Positions 18,208-28,387 of a stretch of DNA of 47,999 bases are shown here, in pieces. Under the pieces are notes generated by a model. That model saw only the letters and a program-made list of their open reading frames with translations, made no database searches and had not been told where the DNA came from. The stretch comes from Candidatus Hodarchaeota archaeon. GTDB lineage: Archaea > Asgardarchaeota > Lokiarchaeia > Sigyniarchaeales > SOKP01. The stretch is from the NCBI GenBank assembly GCA_048887225.1, contig JBHLJY010000018.1, forward strand, positions 1-47,999, in the 5' to 3' direction. The translations under genes and the position numbers were made by a program. The first letter of the stretch is position 1. The number at the start of each line of letters is the position of its first letter.

Positions 18208-20088
18208 ATGAGTGAAAAATTATTTGGTTATAATGAAAAAATCGCTTATGTTAATCTAAGCGATCAAAAGATTGATGTTAAAGATTTAGATCCCCAAATT
18301 GCAAAAAAATTTCTTGGAGGGGCTGGATTAAGTGCTAAACTAACTTACGATTTATTATCAAATGATAGTTATGAGATTTTAAAAAAGGATCCTTATTCAG
18401 AGGTCAATCCACTTATATTTGCTACTGGACCTATAACGGGAACAATCAGACCATCTTCAGGAAGATATACTGTAACAGGAATTTCTCCACTTACGGGGAT
18501 TTGGGGTGAAGGCTCATCAGGAGGCTACTTTTGTATTTCCTTACGCAACAGTGGTTTTGACGCTATTGTTATTATCGGAAAGTCTAAACATCCCATCTAT
18601 TTATATATTCATAATGAGATCATTGAATTCAAGGATGCTAGTAATTTATGGGGTAAAGATACCTATGAAACTCAAATGCTTATAAAAAATGAGTTAAAAA
18701 ATGATAAAATAAAAGTTGCTACTATAGGATCTGCTGGTGAAAACCTAGTGAAATACGCAGGAATTATTAACGACGAAGGAAGAGCCGTTGGAAGATGTGG
18801 ACTAGGTGCTCTCATGGGATCTAAAAATTTAAAAGCATTAGCAATTCACGGAACTAATAGAATTCAAATAGCGGATAGTAAAATAGGTAAAGAATTATTA
18901 ATACAAGCAGAAGAAGCAAAGGAAGGAGATCTTATGAAGAATATCGTCCCATATTTGTTTTCTTTATATGGAACGAATTGCTATCTTGATATTGGAATGG
19001 TAATGGGTGATACTCCAGGATATTATTTTACTGAAACGGAATTTTTCGCAGAGAAATTAACGGGTCAAACTTTAAAAGAAGAGTATCCTGTGCTTGATTA
19101 TGGATGTGCAGGGTGTACATTGAAATGTGGTAAAACAACAATTATAGAGGACAATGGTAAGGAAATAAAAGTAGATGGTCCCGAATATGAAACTGTTGCG
19201 GCCTTTGGGCCTTTATGTGGTGTTTTTAATTCAAAAGATGTGATTTTAGCAAACCATAAGTGTAATGTCTACGGAATAGATACGATTTCTGGAGGAGTAA
19301 ATATAGCTTTTTTAATTTATTTGGTTGAAAATGGTCTAGGAATTGAAAATATAATACGATACTTAGATGACATTAGAATTGAGGATATAAAATGGGGTAA
19401 TGGTAATTTATTATTAAAATTAATTGAAAAAATTTCTAAAAGAGAAGGTATAGGTAACATACTTGCTGAAGGTGTAAGAGTCATGGCAGAAAAATTAAAT
19501 GTCAATCCAGAATTAGCCGCTCACGTAAAAGGTTTAGAAATGCCTATGCATGATCCACGCGCATTTGTAGGACAAGCTTTAAGTTATATTACCTCTCCTA
19601 CAGGAGCAAATCATAACAAATGTGATTGGTTCAGTGCTGAACTTGGAATTGCATCATATCCACGATTTCGTATAAAACGTGGTAAATCTCGATATTCTAT
19701 AAAAGGTAGAGAAAAAGGAGTCATTGCTTTACAAAATATTAGGGCCATCGATGATTCCGCTGTAAACTGCAATTTTATACAAGCCGAATTTGAACATATC
19801 ATCGGACATATTAATGCTGGAACAGGATTTAATTATGATAAAAAATCATTAATGGTGGTCGGGGAGCGCATTAACACTATAAAGAGAGTCATAAATTGCA
19901 ATTTAGGAATATCAAGAAAAGATGATAAATTACCAAATCATCTAAAAAAGGTGTTAAAATCTGGAAAAACGGGGGATGTGAAGATAGAATTAGAAGAAAA
20001 TTTAAAAAGATATTATCAAGAGCGTAAATGGGATTGGGAAACCGGTAGGCCAACTGAAGAAAGGTTAAAAGAGTTAGGGATTTTATAA
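18208..20088 (+). CDS. aor: Tungsten-dependent aldehyde:ferredoxin oxidoreductase family
   Basis: SPLTG, GRCGLGALMGSKNLKA, CAGCTLKC, GPEYET, GIDTIS and HDPR. Confidence 0.92.
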   Translation: MSEKLFGYNEKIAYVNLSDQKIDVKDLDPQIAKKFLGGAGLSAKLTYDLLSNDSYEILKKDPYSEVNPLIFATGPITGTIRPSSGRYTVTGISPLTGIWGEGSSGGYFCISLRNSGFDAIVIIGKSKHPIYLYIHNEIIEFKDASNLWGKDTYETQMLIKNELKNDKIKVATIGSAGENLVKYAGIINDEGRAVGRCGLGALMGSKNLKALAIHGTNRIQIADSKIGKELLIQAEEAKEGDLMKNIVPYLFSLYGTNCYLDIGMVMGDTPGYYFTETEFFAEKLTGQTLKEEYPVLDYGCAGCTLKCGKTTIIEDNGKEIKVDGPEYETVAAFGPLCGVFNSKDVILANHKCNVYGIDTISGGVNIAFLIYLVENGLGIENIIRYLDDIRIEDIKWGNGNLLLKLIEKISKREGIGNILAEGVRVMAEKLNVNPELAAHVKGLEMPMHDPRAFVGQALSYITSPTGANHNKCDWFSAELGIASYPRFRIKRGKSRYSIKGREKGVIALQNIRAIDDSAVNCNFIQAEFEHIIGHINAGTGFNYDKKSLMVVGERINTIKRVINCNLGISRKDDKLPNHLKKVLKSGKTGDVKIELEENLKRYYQERKWDWETGRPTEERLKELGIL

Positions 20089-20091
20089 AAT

Positions 20092-21114
20092 TTATATAAA
20101 TTCATTTTTATTCATAAGATCAAGGATTTCTTCAGGAAATGGTTCTCCTCTATTTTTCATTCGGTTTAACATATCCTTTACTTCTGATATCGTATTTCCA
20201 TAGATATGTAGGGAATTACTAAAGTCCAAATAATGTCCCATCTCCACACCGAGCTGATCTGCAACGTTTTTTTGTATTTTAATCATGCCATTCACATTCG
20301 CTTCCCACGCTCGAAAAAGATCTCGGCTTCTCCATGTCGTTTGCATAATTAATTTTCCATTCTTAACTCGCATATATATTCTTTGAAGGCAGGGTGGATC
20401 ATGATGGTAAGGATCAACGAGTGGCCTCCATGTTATTGCTTGAGCTCTACGACTATAAGGTTTGTCTTTTAGTTTTTGAACAATAAATTCAATTTGATTA
20501 ATTTTTGGAAAGTTGATCACACCCATAGGGATTTTCTCAACACCGATTTGATCTGAAATCTTTTTATCTAAATCAAATTCAACACCATTTTTTAGTTTCC
20601 AAATGTTAGATTCTGGTGTACTTTCAATTTTTTCTGCTTGTATCAATTTTTGATGCTTTTTTACAAATTCATTATCTACATATTCTAAATTGTAATTTAT
20701 GTGGGTTGTATCTTCCAGAGAGAATGGAGTGTAATTAAAGATACGATCGTGATATGAATAAGGAAAGCTTAAACCAGAATCCCAGATGTAGTGATCATTC
20801 ACACCATCCATAATTTCTTCGATATAACCACTTTGAATAGACCCAATAAGATAAGTATCTGCTATACACCCATAGACTTCGTAAGAATTTCCATATTTAG
20901 ACTGAATTTTCATTATTTTATCCTTTCTCATTATAGGATTGCTTAGGGGATCCTTTATTTTAATTAATACCGTTGCATCTTTTGAGGGAGAATCTTCAAA
21001 TTTATCGTATTCGGTTTTAATATCATCTCCATTGAATAAAACTAGCCCTATAGCAGATAACCAAGCATCACGAACATTACTTTTTGAAATAAAAAAAACT
21101 TTAGCCATTTTCAA
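20092..21114 (-). CDS. thyA: Archaeal thymidylate synthase-like protein with internal insertions
   Basis: YSYHDR, SRRAQAITW, PPCLQ, WRSRD and SLHIY. Confidence 0.75.
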   Translation of the reverse strand: MKMAKVFFISKSNVRDAWLSAIGLVLFNGDDIKTEYDKFEDSPSKDATVLIKIKDPLSNPIMRKDKIMKIQSKYGNSYEVYGCIADTYLIGSIQSGYIEEIMDGVNDHYIWDSGLSFPYSYHDRIFNYTPFSLEDTTHINYNLEYVDNEFVKKHQKLIQAEKIESTPESNIWKLKNGVEFDLDKKISDQIGVEKIPMGVINFPKINQIEFIVQKLKDKPYSRRAQAITWRPLVDPYHHDPPCLQRIYMRVKNGKLIMQTTWRSRDLFRAWEANVNGMIKIQKNVADQLGVEMGHYLDFSNSLHIYGNTISEVKDMLNRMKNRGEPFPEEILDLMNKNEFI

Positions 21115-21301
21115 ACCATCTTAATTTCTATAGAGATTAGAAAACCTCTCGTATTTTATAATTTAATTGTTAAAACTCTAAATTAATTTTTCTTTTCTTT
21201 CCGAAAATTCTATTTATATTATGAAAAATTAACAAAAAAATTTTATATTGTTGTTATTATTTAATATTAAGAAGAATCAATAAAAGAGAAGAATAATTAA
21301 A

Positions 21302-21595
21302 ATGATATATCTTAACGTTCATTTTGAACCTCCTTTTAATGAATTGACAAAAGAGCTCCACAAAAAAATGGAATTTGACAAGGAACTAACGTTAAAAGAA
21401 TTATTAGACTATTTCTATAAAAAATATGGTATTAAATTTAAAGAATTAATCTGGGATAAAAATAAAAAAGGAATATTTAGCTCGTTTCTGTCGATAATAA
21501 TAAATGGAAGAAGTTATAGACACGACGGATTTTTACAAACAGTTCTAAAAAATGGAGACGATATTACTTTCTTGTATCTATATTTCGGGGGTTAA
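21302..21595 (+). CDS. MoaD/ThiS/SAMP ubiquitin-like sulfur carrier
   Basis: Beta-grasp pattern IIINGR...LKNGDDITF and C-terminal GG. Confidence 0.85.
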   Translation: MIYLNVHFEPPFNELTKELHKKMEFDKELTLKELLDYFYKKYGIKFKELIWDKNKKGIFSSFLSIIINGRSYRHDGFLQTVLKNGDDITFLYLYFGG

Positions 21596-21843
21596 TTCGA
21601 GAATAGCATTGCCTTCCTTTCCCGATTCATCAATATATTTCGATTATTCAATTATTTTTCATCTTCGATCCTTATAAATATTTGCGCGATAACGACACCC
21701 AATCATCGCGCAGTAGTTTAAAATTACAACTGAGAAAGATCTATAAATTTCTCATGTTTTATGGATACATTTAAATAATGTAAATTCTTCATATTTCATG
21801 GTTGAGGTGCTATTATGATTGATCATTATTGCGTATCATTAGT

Positions 21844-21862
21844 GCGAAAGCTTTTTAAGTAT
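21844..21862 (+). promoter_or_regulatory. BRE-TATA-like promoter of surface operon copy 1
   Basis: GCGAAAG-CTTTTTAAGT; conserved in the duplicate at ~29658-29677. Confidence 0.6.
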
Positions 21863-21940
21863 TAATAGTTAGAACTTAATTAATTAAAATTTTCTTATAA
21901 AAATTTTTCGATTGAAATATATAAAAAAAGGTGAAATACG

Positions 21941-22786
21941 ATGAAAACAAAACAAATTTTAATTAGTTTTTTGCTTTTTGCAACATTTATTATCGGATTA
22001 ACAACTAATACTATAGCTAACGACGATGATGATGAAGATTACGAAATTGGGCTCGATGAAGGAGATGAATACATTTGGATTTGTAACACATTTGAAGAGC
22101 AAAAAATGAAGGAGTCCTGGGGAAATCATTATGATGATGTTAAGATATTTGAGGGCATAGAAGAAGGAAAAAAAATGAAATGGGAGATTACGGATGTTAA
22201 TGATGAAGATAAAATGAATTCAACCAAGACCAGAGCTATAGAAGATGCTTATAGCGTCAAATATGATATCTGGCTTTGGACGGATGAAGCTAAATTTGGA
22301 GATGCGGATCACGAAGACGAAAGCTTTTCTTGGTTCGCAGATCCAGAAGATATTGAGACAGAGAAAGCTATTGAAGAAGCATATGTGCCGTGGATTCCAA
22401 TTAATGTGGAAGACTATTTAGATCATATGGAATTGTATAAGTGGTGGAACGTTGATGAAAATAAATTAATATACGAAAGATTCGGAAGAGAAACGCGAAA
22501 TTGGTATAATGGTGAAGTTCACAGAAAAGATGTTATAGTTGAAATGGAATTCAACGAAGATGGCATTTTATCCACTTATACGGTTATGAATGAAGATGAG
22601 GAAGTCGTCTTAGAATTCTCCCTTGAAGATCCAATGGTCTATATAATTCCAATTATAATCGTAGTTATACTTATTATAGCTGCTCTTACGATTATCTACG
22701 TGATAATGAGAAAAAAAGGGATAAAACTTAAAGATATTAAAAATAAAATAAGGAGGACAAAAGTAAATGAGAAAATTAAAGATTAG
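21941..22786 (+). CDS. Acidic secreted, C-terminally membrane-anchored protein (operon gene 1, copy A)
   Basis: Signal peptide, DDDDEDY acidic domain, C-terminal TM and basic tail. Confidence 0.85.
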   Translation: MKTKQILISFLLFATFIIGLTTNTIANDDDDEDYEIGLDEGDEYIWICNTFEEQKMKESWGNHYDDVKIFEGIEEGKKMKWEITDVNDEDKMNSTKTRAIEDAYSVKYDIWLWTDEAKFGDADHEDESFSWFADPEDIETEKAIEEAYVPWIPINVEDYLDHMELYKWWNVDENKLIYERFGRETRNWYNGEVHRKDVIVEMEFNEDGILSTYTVMNEDEEVVLEFSLEDPMVYIIPIIIVVILIIAALTIIYVIMRKKGIKLKDIKNKIRRTKVNEKIKD

Positions 22787-24902
22787 TCTCATTATAATCT
22801 TACTTGGATCAATTTTTATGTTCTTTTTAATTTCGCCACTATTTAATAAGATTCCTTATGATTCTTCGGGAACGCAGCTTCAAACCAAAGATTATGATGA
22901 AGTTAACTACGATGAAGATCCCATCTCACCTCCAAAACCTTCGAGTGGAATTCGCTATGCAAAAGTTTTTAACATAAGTGCGCAGGCGGATGATGCTTGG
23001 ACTGATTCTTCAGCAATACCTCGTACTTTTCCAAATGCTACTACTTTACATCTAGGAGGTTATAACGGTTTAGCCAATGCTGCTAATAGAAAAATTTGCT
23101 TAAGGTGGAATGTATCGATTCCAGTAAATACTTCTGTCATTAGTGCATATTTGAATCTTACACTCCAAGGTCGTAATAATTATAATGGATTTACGGCAAC
23201 TATTTTACCGTTTAATAGCTCTAATACACCAAACTTTTCAGATCCTAATGAGAACATTAGATTAACGCGACCTCGAAGTACTCCAGGAGTTTCATGGTCG
23301 ATGCCAGTTCCTATTACCAATAATGAAACTTATACATCTCCAAATATCGCATCTCTAATGAATCGTATAATAGATCGCGCAGATTGGAAAAACAACAGCA
23401 TTTTTGGGTTATACATACAAGCGTATACTGGACTTAATGAGCGCCTTTTTTTCCATTCCTTTGATGGCCCAAATCCAGACTATATCCCTAAACTAATTGT
23501 TGAATGGGAGGCAAATCCCGGTTTTAGGGTTGTACCATCAGATCTGACCATTCAAAATCAAACTAGAGGATACCATCTAGATTGGATTGCTGCCGACGAC
23601 AATCCAAAGGACTATACTATCTTCGGAAATGAAACGATTGGTGAATCAACTAAACAAGTTCAAAATGGTAATTGGACATCGGAAGTTGAGATTAGATATA
23701 ATATACCAAAAATCGATATTAAAAATTATGATTTCGTCATTATTAACTATACAATTACTATTTACGATGAAGATGGAAAATTTGATAAGGATACAGTTCT
23801 TGTCACCGTGGACGATATATACCCTATTATCGACATATTCTTCAATCAAAGCCAAAGCGACAAAGCATATTCTTATTTAGACAGGAATTATCTCGATACT
23901 GATAAAGGACCATTTACCTTACGAATTTATAATAATACTCCGTGTGTACCTTCGTTTAGCCTTTATGCTTTTTATCCAGAGAATAACTTGGAACTTAATA
24001 CAATATTAATGATATTAGGGCTCTTCCCAGTTCTTGGAATTGTCTCTATTGATGAGTGGACATATTATACTGCAATATATACCATTATTAACACGTATTC
24101 TGGAGGTCATTCACCACCATCTTCCGGATCTGTTGTAACTTACAACGACGAATTGGGCTGTTGGCAATTAACACCAAACGTTGGGCTTGAGAGTGGCAGG
24201 TTTGCTCATAATCATACGTTCCAACTCTCTATATATTTACCCGCTCTGCCGGCTTTTTCTATATATGAATATTATGGTTTGCCTGTTCAAAAGCTTTATT
24301 ACGATCTTACGAACTACTTTTCAATTGGTATCTCATCGGCACTGGGAACGGAATTCATTTATAATCAGACAGTTTATGGCGGTACTTGGGGCGATTTAAT
24401 AATAGATGTAAAAAATAAGGATTTATCACCACCAAGATATGGAGAACCTGAATTTATTGAACCAGACGAACCAGACCTACATTATGAGATAAATATATAT
24501 ACATATCCCGAAGAAAAGGGTGCGGAGATTGATGAGGTTTATCTTTATTATAAAATTGATGATGGCGCCTGGAAAAAAACAGAGATGGTAAGAAATCCTC
24601 CCGCAGGGGAGGAATATAAATATTACGGTGAAATTCCTCCACAAGAGGGGGGTGCTAAAATCACTTATTATATAGAAATGGTGGATATAGCAGGCAATAT
24701 CGCCACAACTGATGAATTTGAAGAGACAGCGGTTATCTTTGAAGAAATATCTCCAATTATCCCAATATTAGGTATCCTCTTAGCATTCCTTGGAGCGCTT
24801 TCACTTGTGGTGATCTTCCGTTATAAAAGCAAGAAAGCATTTGAAAAAGCTCGGGCTGAGAAAATGCTAAAGAAACCCAAGAAAGGGGTGATAAAGAAAT
24901 AA
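22767..24902 (+). CDS. Surface glycoprotein with DNRLRE/CBM96-like and Ig-like domains and TM anchors (gene 2, copy A)
   Basis: DDAW...LRWNVSIP...ISAYLNLT...PKLIVEW module; YYKIDDGAW...GEIPPQ...YYIEMVDIAGN; many NxS/T sequons. Confidence 0.8.
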   Translation: MRKLKISLIIILLGSIFMFFLISPLFNKIPYDSSGTQLQTKDYDEVNYDEDPISPPKPSSGIRYAKVFNISAQADDAWTDSSAIPRTFPNATTLHLGGYNGLANAANRKICLRWNVSIPVNTSVISAYLNLTLQGRNNYNGFTATILPFNSSNTPNFSDPNENIRLTRPRSTPGVSWSMPVPITNNETYTSPNIASLMNRIIDRADWKNNSIFGLYIQAYTGLNERLFFHSFDGPNPDYIPKLIVEWEANPGFRVVPSDLTIQNQTRGYHLDWIAADDNPKDYTIFGNETIGESTKQVQNGNWTSEVEIRYNIPKIDIKNYDFVIINYTITIYDEDGKFDKDTVLVTVDDIYPIIDIFFNQSQSDKAYSYLDRNYLDTDKGPFTLRIYNNTPCVPSFSLYAFYPENNLELNTILMILGLFPVLGIVSIDEWTYYTAIYTIINTYSGGHSPPSSGSVVTYNDELGCWQLTPNVGLESGRFAHNHTFQLSIYLPALPAFSIYEYYGLPVQKLYYDLTNYFSIGISSALGTEFIYNQTVYGGTWGDLIIDVKNKDLSPPRYGEPEFIEPDEPDLHYEINIYTYPEEKGAEIDEVYLYYKIDDGAWKKTEMVRNPPAGEEYKYYGEIPPQEGGAKITYYIEMVDIAGNIATTDEFEETAVIFEEISPIIPILGILLAFLGALSLVVIFRYKSKKAFEKARAEKMLKKPKKGVIKK

Positions 24903-27900
24903 TGAGATTAAGAAGATTGAAAAAGTTCGCGCCCCATATAATTATCTTAGCAGCACTCATAGGAGCCACCGTTCCTACTTTAGGAGCACAATTACTTAAA
25001 GAATTTACTCCAACTTTAAATTTAATAGATGTTTTGTCAAAGCCCGAAGCTGTTAGTTTAGAAGCTATGGAAATTGTAGACAAATCATACGAAGATGAAG
25101 CAGTAGAACCACTTATTTCCTCTAATGACGAGATCTATACTACCTATCCTATCTGGGACATAAATGGATTATATAAGAGAGAAGAATACGCCACAATAAG
25201 AAATCCACCCAACTATTATAATCCATTAGTACGTGTTGATGATAACCGTATCGATCTATCCTTCTCTCCCGTGACTCGGCCTATTGAGAACGAGCCAAAA
25301 CAGTCACAATTTGTCTCGGTTTATAAAGAATTAACTTTTGATATCACTCAATCTGAGGATGATGCTTGGAATCGCTATGATCCACTTCCTCGTATGGATT
25401 ACACATCTGATACACTTCTTTTAGGAGGTCATATAGGACAAACCAATAACCTTCAAAGAAGAATCGGCTTACGATGGAACGCAACGATTCCTAAAGAGGC
25501 TATTATCACAGAAGCTTACGTTACGTTTACTTTCGCTGCAAGAAACAACTATGACGGTTTTAATATAAGAATTCAGGGATTTTTAGATGGCAACACGACC
25601 GATTTTTCAGATACTAGCGAAAGGCTTTTGACGACAGGTTCGAGACCCAAAACATCATCCTTTGTAAATTGGATTAGCCCTACCATGCCAGGAGTTAACG
25701 ATACTCTTCAGTCCCCAAATATTAAAAACATTTTACAAGAAGTCATAGATACACCCGAATGGGAAGGAAATTACAGTTTCGGCATTGTGGTTTTTCCATA
25801 TCTGAATGTAAACTCATTGTTTGGTGAAAGGGTTGAATTCTGGTCTTATGATGGTGCGTTAGCAACTGGGAATCCAGATTACGTGCCCCAATTATATGTA
25901 AAATGGGAAAAAGCTCCTGCAAATAACTATTCTCTTGCAGACTTCGTTGATCCAGATTTTACAATTGAACGGAGATTAGAATCCATCAACGTCTCACAAT
26001 TAAAGGGAGTGATTGGAGTGTGGAACACTTCAGACCACGTAAACCAAAACTTATATGATGCATCGCAAGGAGATTCGTTCACAGGGGATGATATAACCCT
26101 AATCGTCCGAACTCCTTTTGAGAATCAAACTGATGTATGGGTAACATATCTTACAAATTTCGAAGTTCCTGTTGTTGTTGATTATGTAGTTCACGAATGG
26201 ACAACATTGACATGGGTTCTGGGTTTAGAGTTTGATAATCGAGGCGATGATACTATAGTTGTTCCAAGAGCTAATCTCACTTTGAATTTCTTAGAAGAGA
26301 CGCTCGGAGAAGGATGGATTAGTAAAGAATATAAGATTAAGGGCCATACCAGGAAAGAAGTTAAAGCATATTTAGTAATGGAGAATGATAGAGAGACAGC
26401 TACATTTGTAACAGCCGTGCTGCTTGGAGAACCGATAGAATTTAAGTTAGGATTTGAAGCATACATTCTTGCTGAAGATCAGAATGGTGAACCTATGCTT
26501 CCCGTTATTTATAGTATTGAATTAGATTTTCCATTTCCTTCGGCAAGTAGGGGTCCCGCACCATTCATGCATTCAATAACTAGGGGGCCCGTAATTGCTA
26601 ATCAGCCAGTACAGATAAACGTAAGTGCTACTGATGATGGAACTGGAATTTCAAATTGTACATATATATATTACTCTAGTAACGGGGGCGCCTCATGGGA
26701 TAGGACTTCATTTACCAATCCGCCGTGGCAGAATATATATTTAGGTGAACTATTAGCAGATCGTTTTCCAATAAATTCAACTTTCGAACAACAACTATTT
26801 GAAGGAGAGATTCCTGCTGAGATAAATAAACCAGGTAGAGAGATTCTTTTTAAAGTATATATGGAAGATTATGCTGATAATATCGATCATACAAACAAAG
26901 GAAATTGGGTTTGGTCGCAGGTTTATTCGTATGTAGTCCCTGTAAGTGGAGAATTACCTGCAAATACGGAATCATTTAACGAAGTAACTGAAAAAGAATT
27001 CTTTGACAAATTTTTAGACTTCATTGAATTAAACGGGTTGATTTTATCGAATTTCTTATTTCTTAGGGGAATAACTACAGATGCTTTAATTCCTCTATTG
27101 CCATCAATGTCTGAATTTTTCTACGACAATTATATAGATGCGTCTTATATACTTGCGATGATTGTTACTGACTTTGATTTTGGAGTTGATATAATGGGTG
27201 ATTCTGGAGTATCAGTTGGTTATTTGCTAAATCTTTTTGGTGTATCGTTTCCAGATATTTTTGGTTATTTAGTCGATCATGCGTTTGTGCCATTAGATCT
27301 GCCACAAACTCAAACTTTGCATACGGTTGCAAATGATTATTTCGAAGAGATTACTTTAATTGACCGATTGGAAACAAATTTATTGACATATTGGACTTCG
27401 ACTCCTTCTGGTACGGTGTTTAGAAATCCGTTCAATCCTTTAACAATTAATGGCAATAATATCGGTACATACGCTTTAAAATGGAAGGTATCGAATTCTT
27501 CGGTTCTAAGTGGAGATTTTAGTAGCGCTCCGATTGATCTTTCAAAAAACGATAGAATAGTTTTTTACATTGATTCCAATAACCATACAAGACTTAATGG
27601 TAATCTCGCAATGACACTCATAGATGGAAATAATAAGATAATGAATTCAACCCAAATAGAAATAGATGAAAATGCAGCTGATTTGCAAGAAATAGTCATA
27701 CCTCTAGGTGAATCCACGAAAGAACCAGGATTTGATATTGCTAACATCACTCAAATTGACTTCACATATAGCGGAAACGAAGCAGTAAAGATTATATTCG
27801 ACTATATATGCGCTTATTCTGGTCGTGCTCATGAACTCCATGATTACCTTATAAATACTATAAAATTAAAAAATAGAGGAACAAATTCAATCCAACAATT

Positions 27901-28381
27901 CCTTAATAACGAATTTCAAGGTATGGGTGCTTCTTTAAATCCATTGGCTCCTGCCTATGATCCTATCATGCCAGATTGGGGGATTATAGGTTCCCCTCAA
28001 AAAACTGTTACCATAAGCAATAATTTTATGCCTAGCTATCATTTTATGGACTTGATAGCAACAAACGGTACATACAATTATATTGATGGTCCAGGTCCAA
28101 ACCATCACATGGTAGCTGCAGAATTGCTTTTAGAATACATAGGTATGCCAGATCCTTATAAAACAATGGTTGAATTGTATGGCATAGAAATTGAACCACC
28201 ACCTGATGCCTTTACTAAGGCTGAAATCTATCCTTACACGAACAACTTAGGAAAATATATGGTTTACATTCCTTTCGCAGGTGTTGCAGCTCTCGCAATC
28301 GTACTACAAACGCGGAGGTACCTATCCAAGAAAAAAGGTATAGGCATACGAGAAAAATATAAAAAAATAATAAAGCGGTGA
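24902..28381 (+). CDS. Large surface glycoprotein with LEA_2/WHy-like, DNRLRE-like, Ig-like and CBM-like domains and C-terminal TM (gene 3, copy A)
   Basis: LEFDNRGDDTIVVPRANLTL...LGEGW (LEA_2-like); shares the DDAW module with gene 2; IDLSKNDRIVFYID...ITQIDF jelly-roll-like segment. Confidence 0.8.
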   Translation: MRLRRLKKFAPHIIILAALIGATVPTLGAQLLKEFTPTLNLIDVLSKPEAVSLEAMEIVDKSYEDEAVEPLISSNDEIYTTYPIWDINGLYKREEYATIRNPPNYYNPLVRVDDNRIDLSFSPVTRPIENEPKQSQFVSVYKELTFDITQSEDDAWNRYDPLPRMDYTSDTLLLGGHIGQTNNLQRRIGLRWNATIPKEAIITEAYVTFTFAARNNYDGFNIRIQGFLDGNTTDFSDTSERLLTTGSRPKTSSFVNWISPTMPGVNDTLQSPNIKNILQEVIDTPEWEGNYSFGIVVFPYLNVNSLFGERVEFWSYDGALATGNPDYVPQLYVKWEKAPANNYSLADFVDPDFTIERRLESINVSQLKGVIGVWNTSDHVNQNLYDASQGDSFTGDDITLIVRTPFENQTDVWVTYLTNFEVPVVVDYVVHEWTTLTWVLGLEFDNRGDDTIVVPRANLTLNFLEETLGEGWISKEYKIKGHTRKEVKAYLVMENDRETATFVTAVLLGEPIEFKLGFEAYILAEDQNGEPMLPVIYSIELDFPFPSASRGPAPFMHSITRGPVIANQPVQINVSATDDGTGISNCTYIYYSSNGGASWDRTSFTNPPWQNIYLGELLADRFPINSTFEQQLFEGEIPAEINKPGREILFKVYMEDYADNIDHTNKGNWVWSQVYSYVVPVSGELPANTESFNEVTEKEFFDKFLDFIELNGLILSNFLFLRGITTDALIPLLPSMSEFFYDNYIDASYILAMIVTDFDFGVDIMGDSGVSVGYLLNLFGVSFPDIFGYLVDHAFVPLDLPQTQTLHTVANDYFEEITLIDRLETNLLTYWTSTPSGTVFRNPFNPLTINGNNIGTYALKWKVSNSSVLSGDFSSAPIDLSKNDRIVFYIDSNNHTRLNGNLAMTLIDGNNKIMNSTQIEIDENAADLQEIVIPLGESTKEPGFDIANITQIDFTYSGNEAVKIIFDYICAYSGRAHELHDYLINTIKLKNRGTNSIQQFLNNEFQGMGASLNPLAPAYDPIMPDWGIIGSPQKTVTISNNFMPSYHFMDLIATNGTYNYIDGPGPNHHMVAAELLLEYIGMPDPYKTMVELYGIEIEPPPDAFTKAEIYPYTNNLGKYMVYIPFAGVAALAIVLQTRRYLSKKKGIGIREKYKKIIKR

Positions 28382-28387
28382 GAATAA

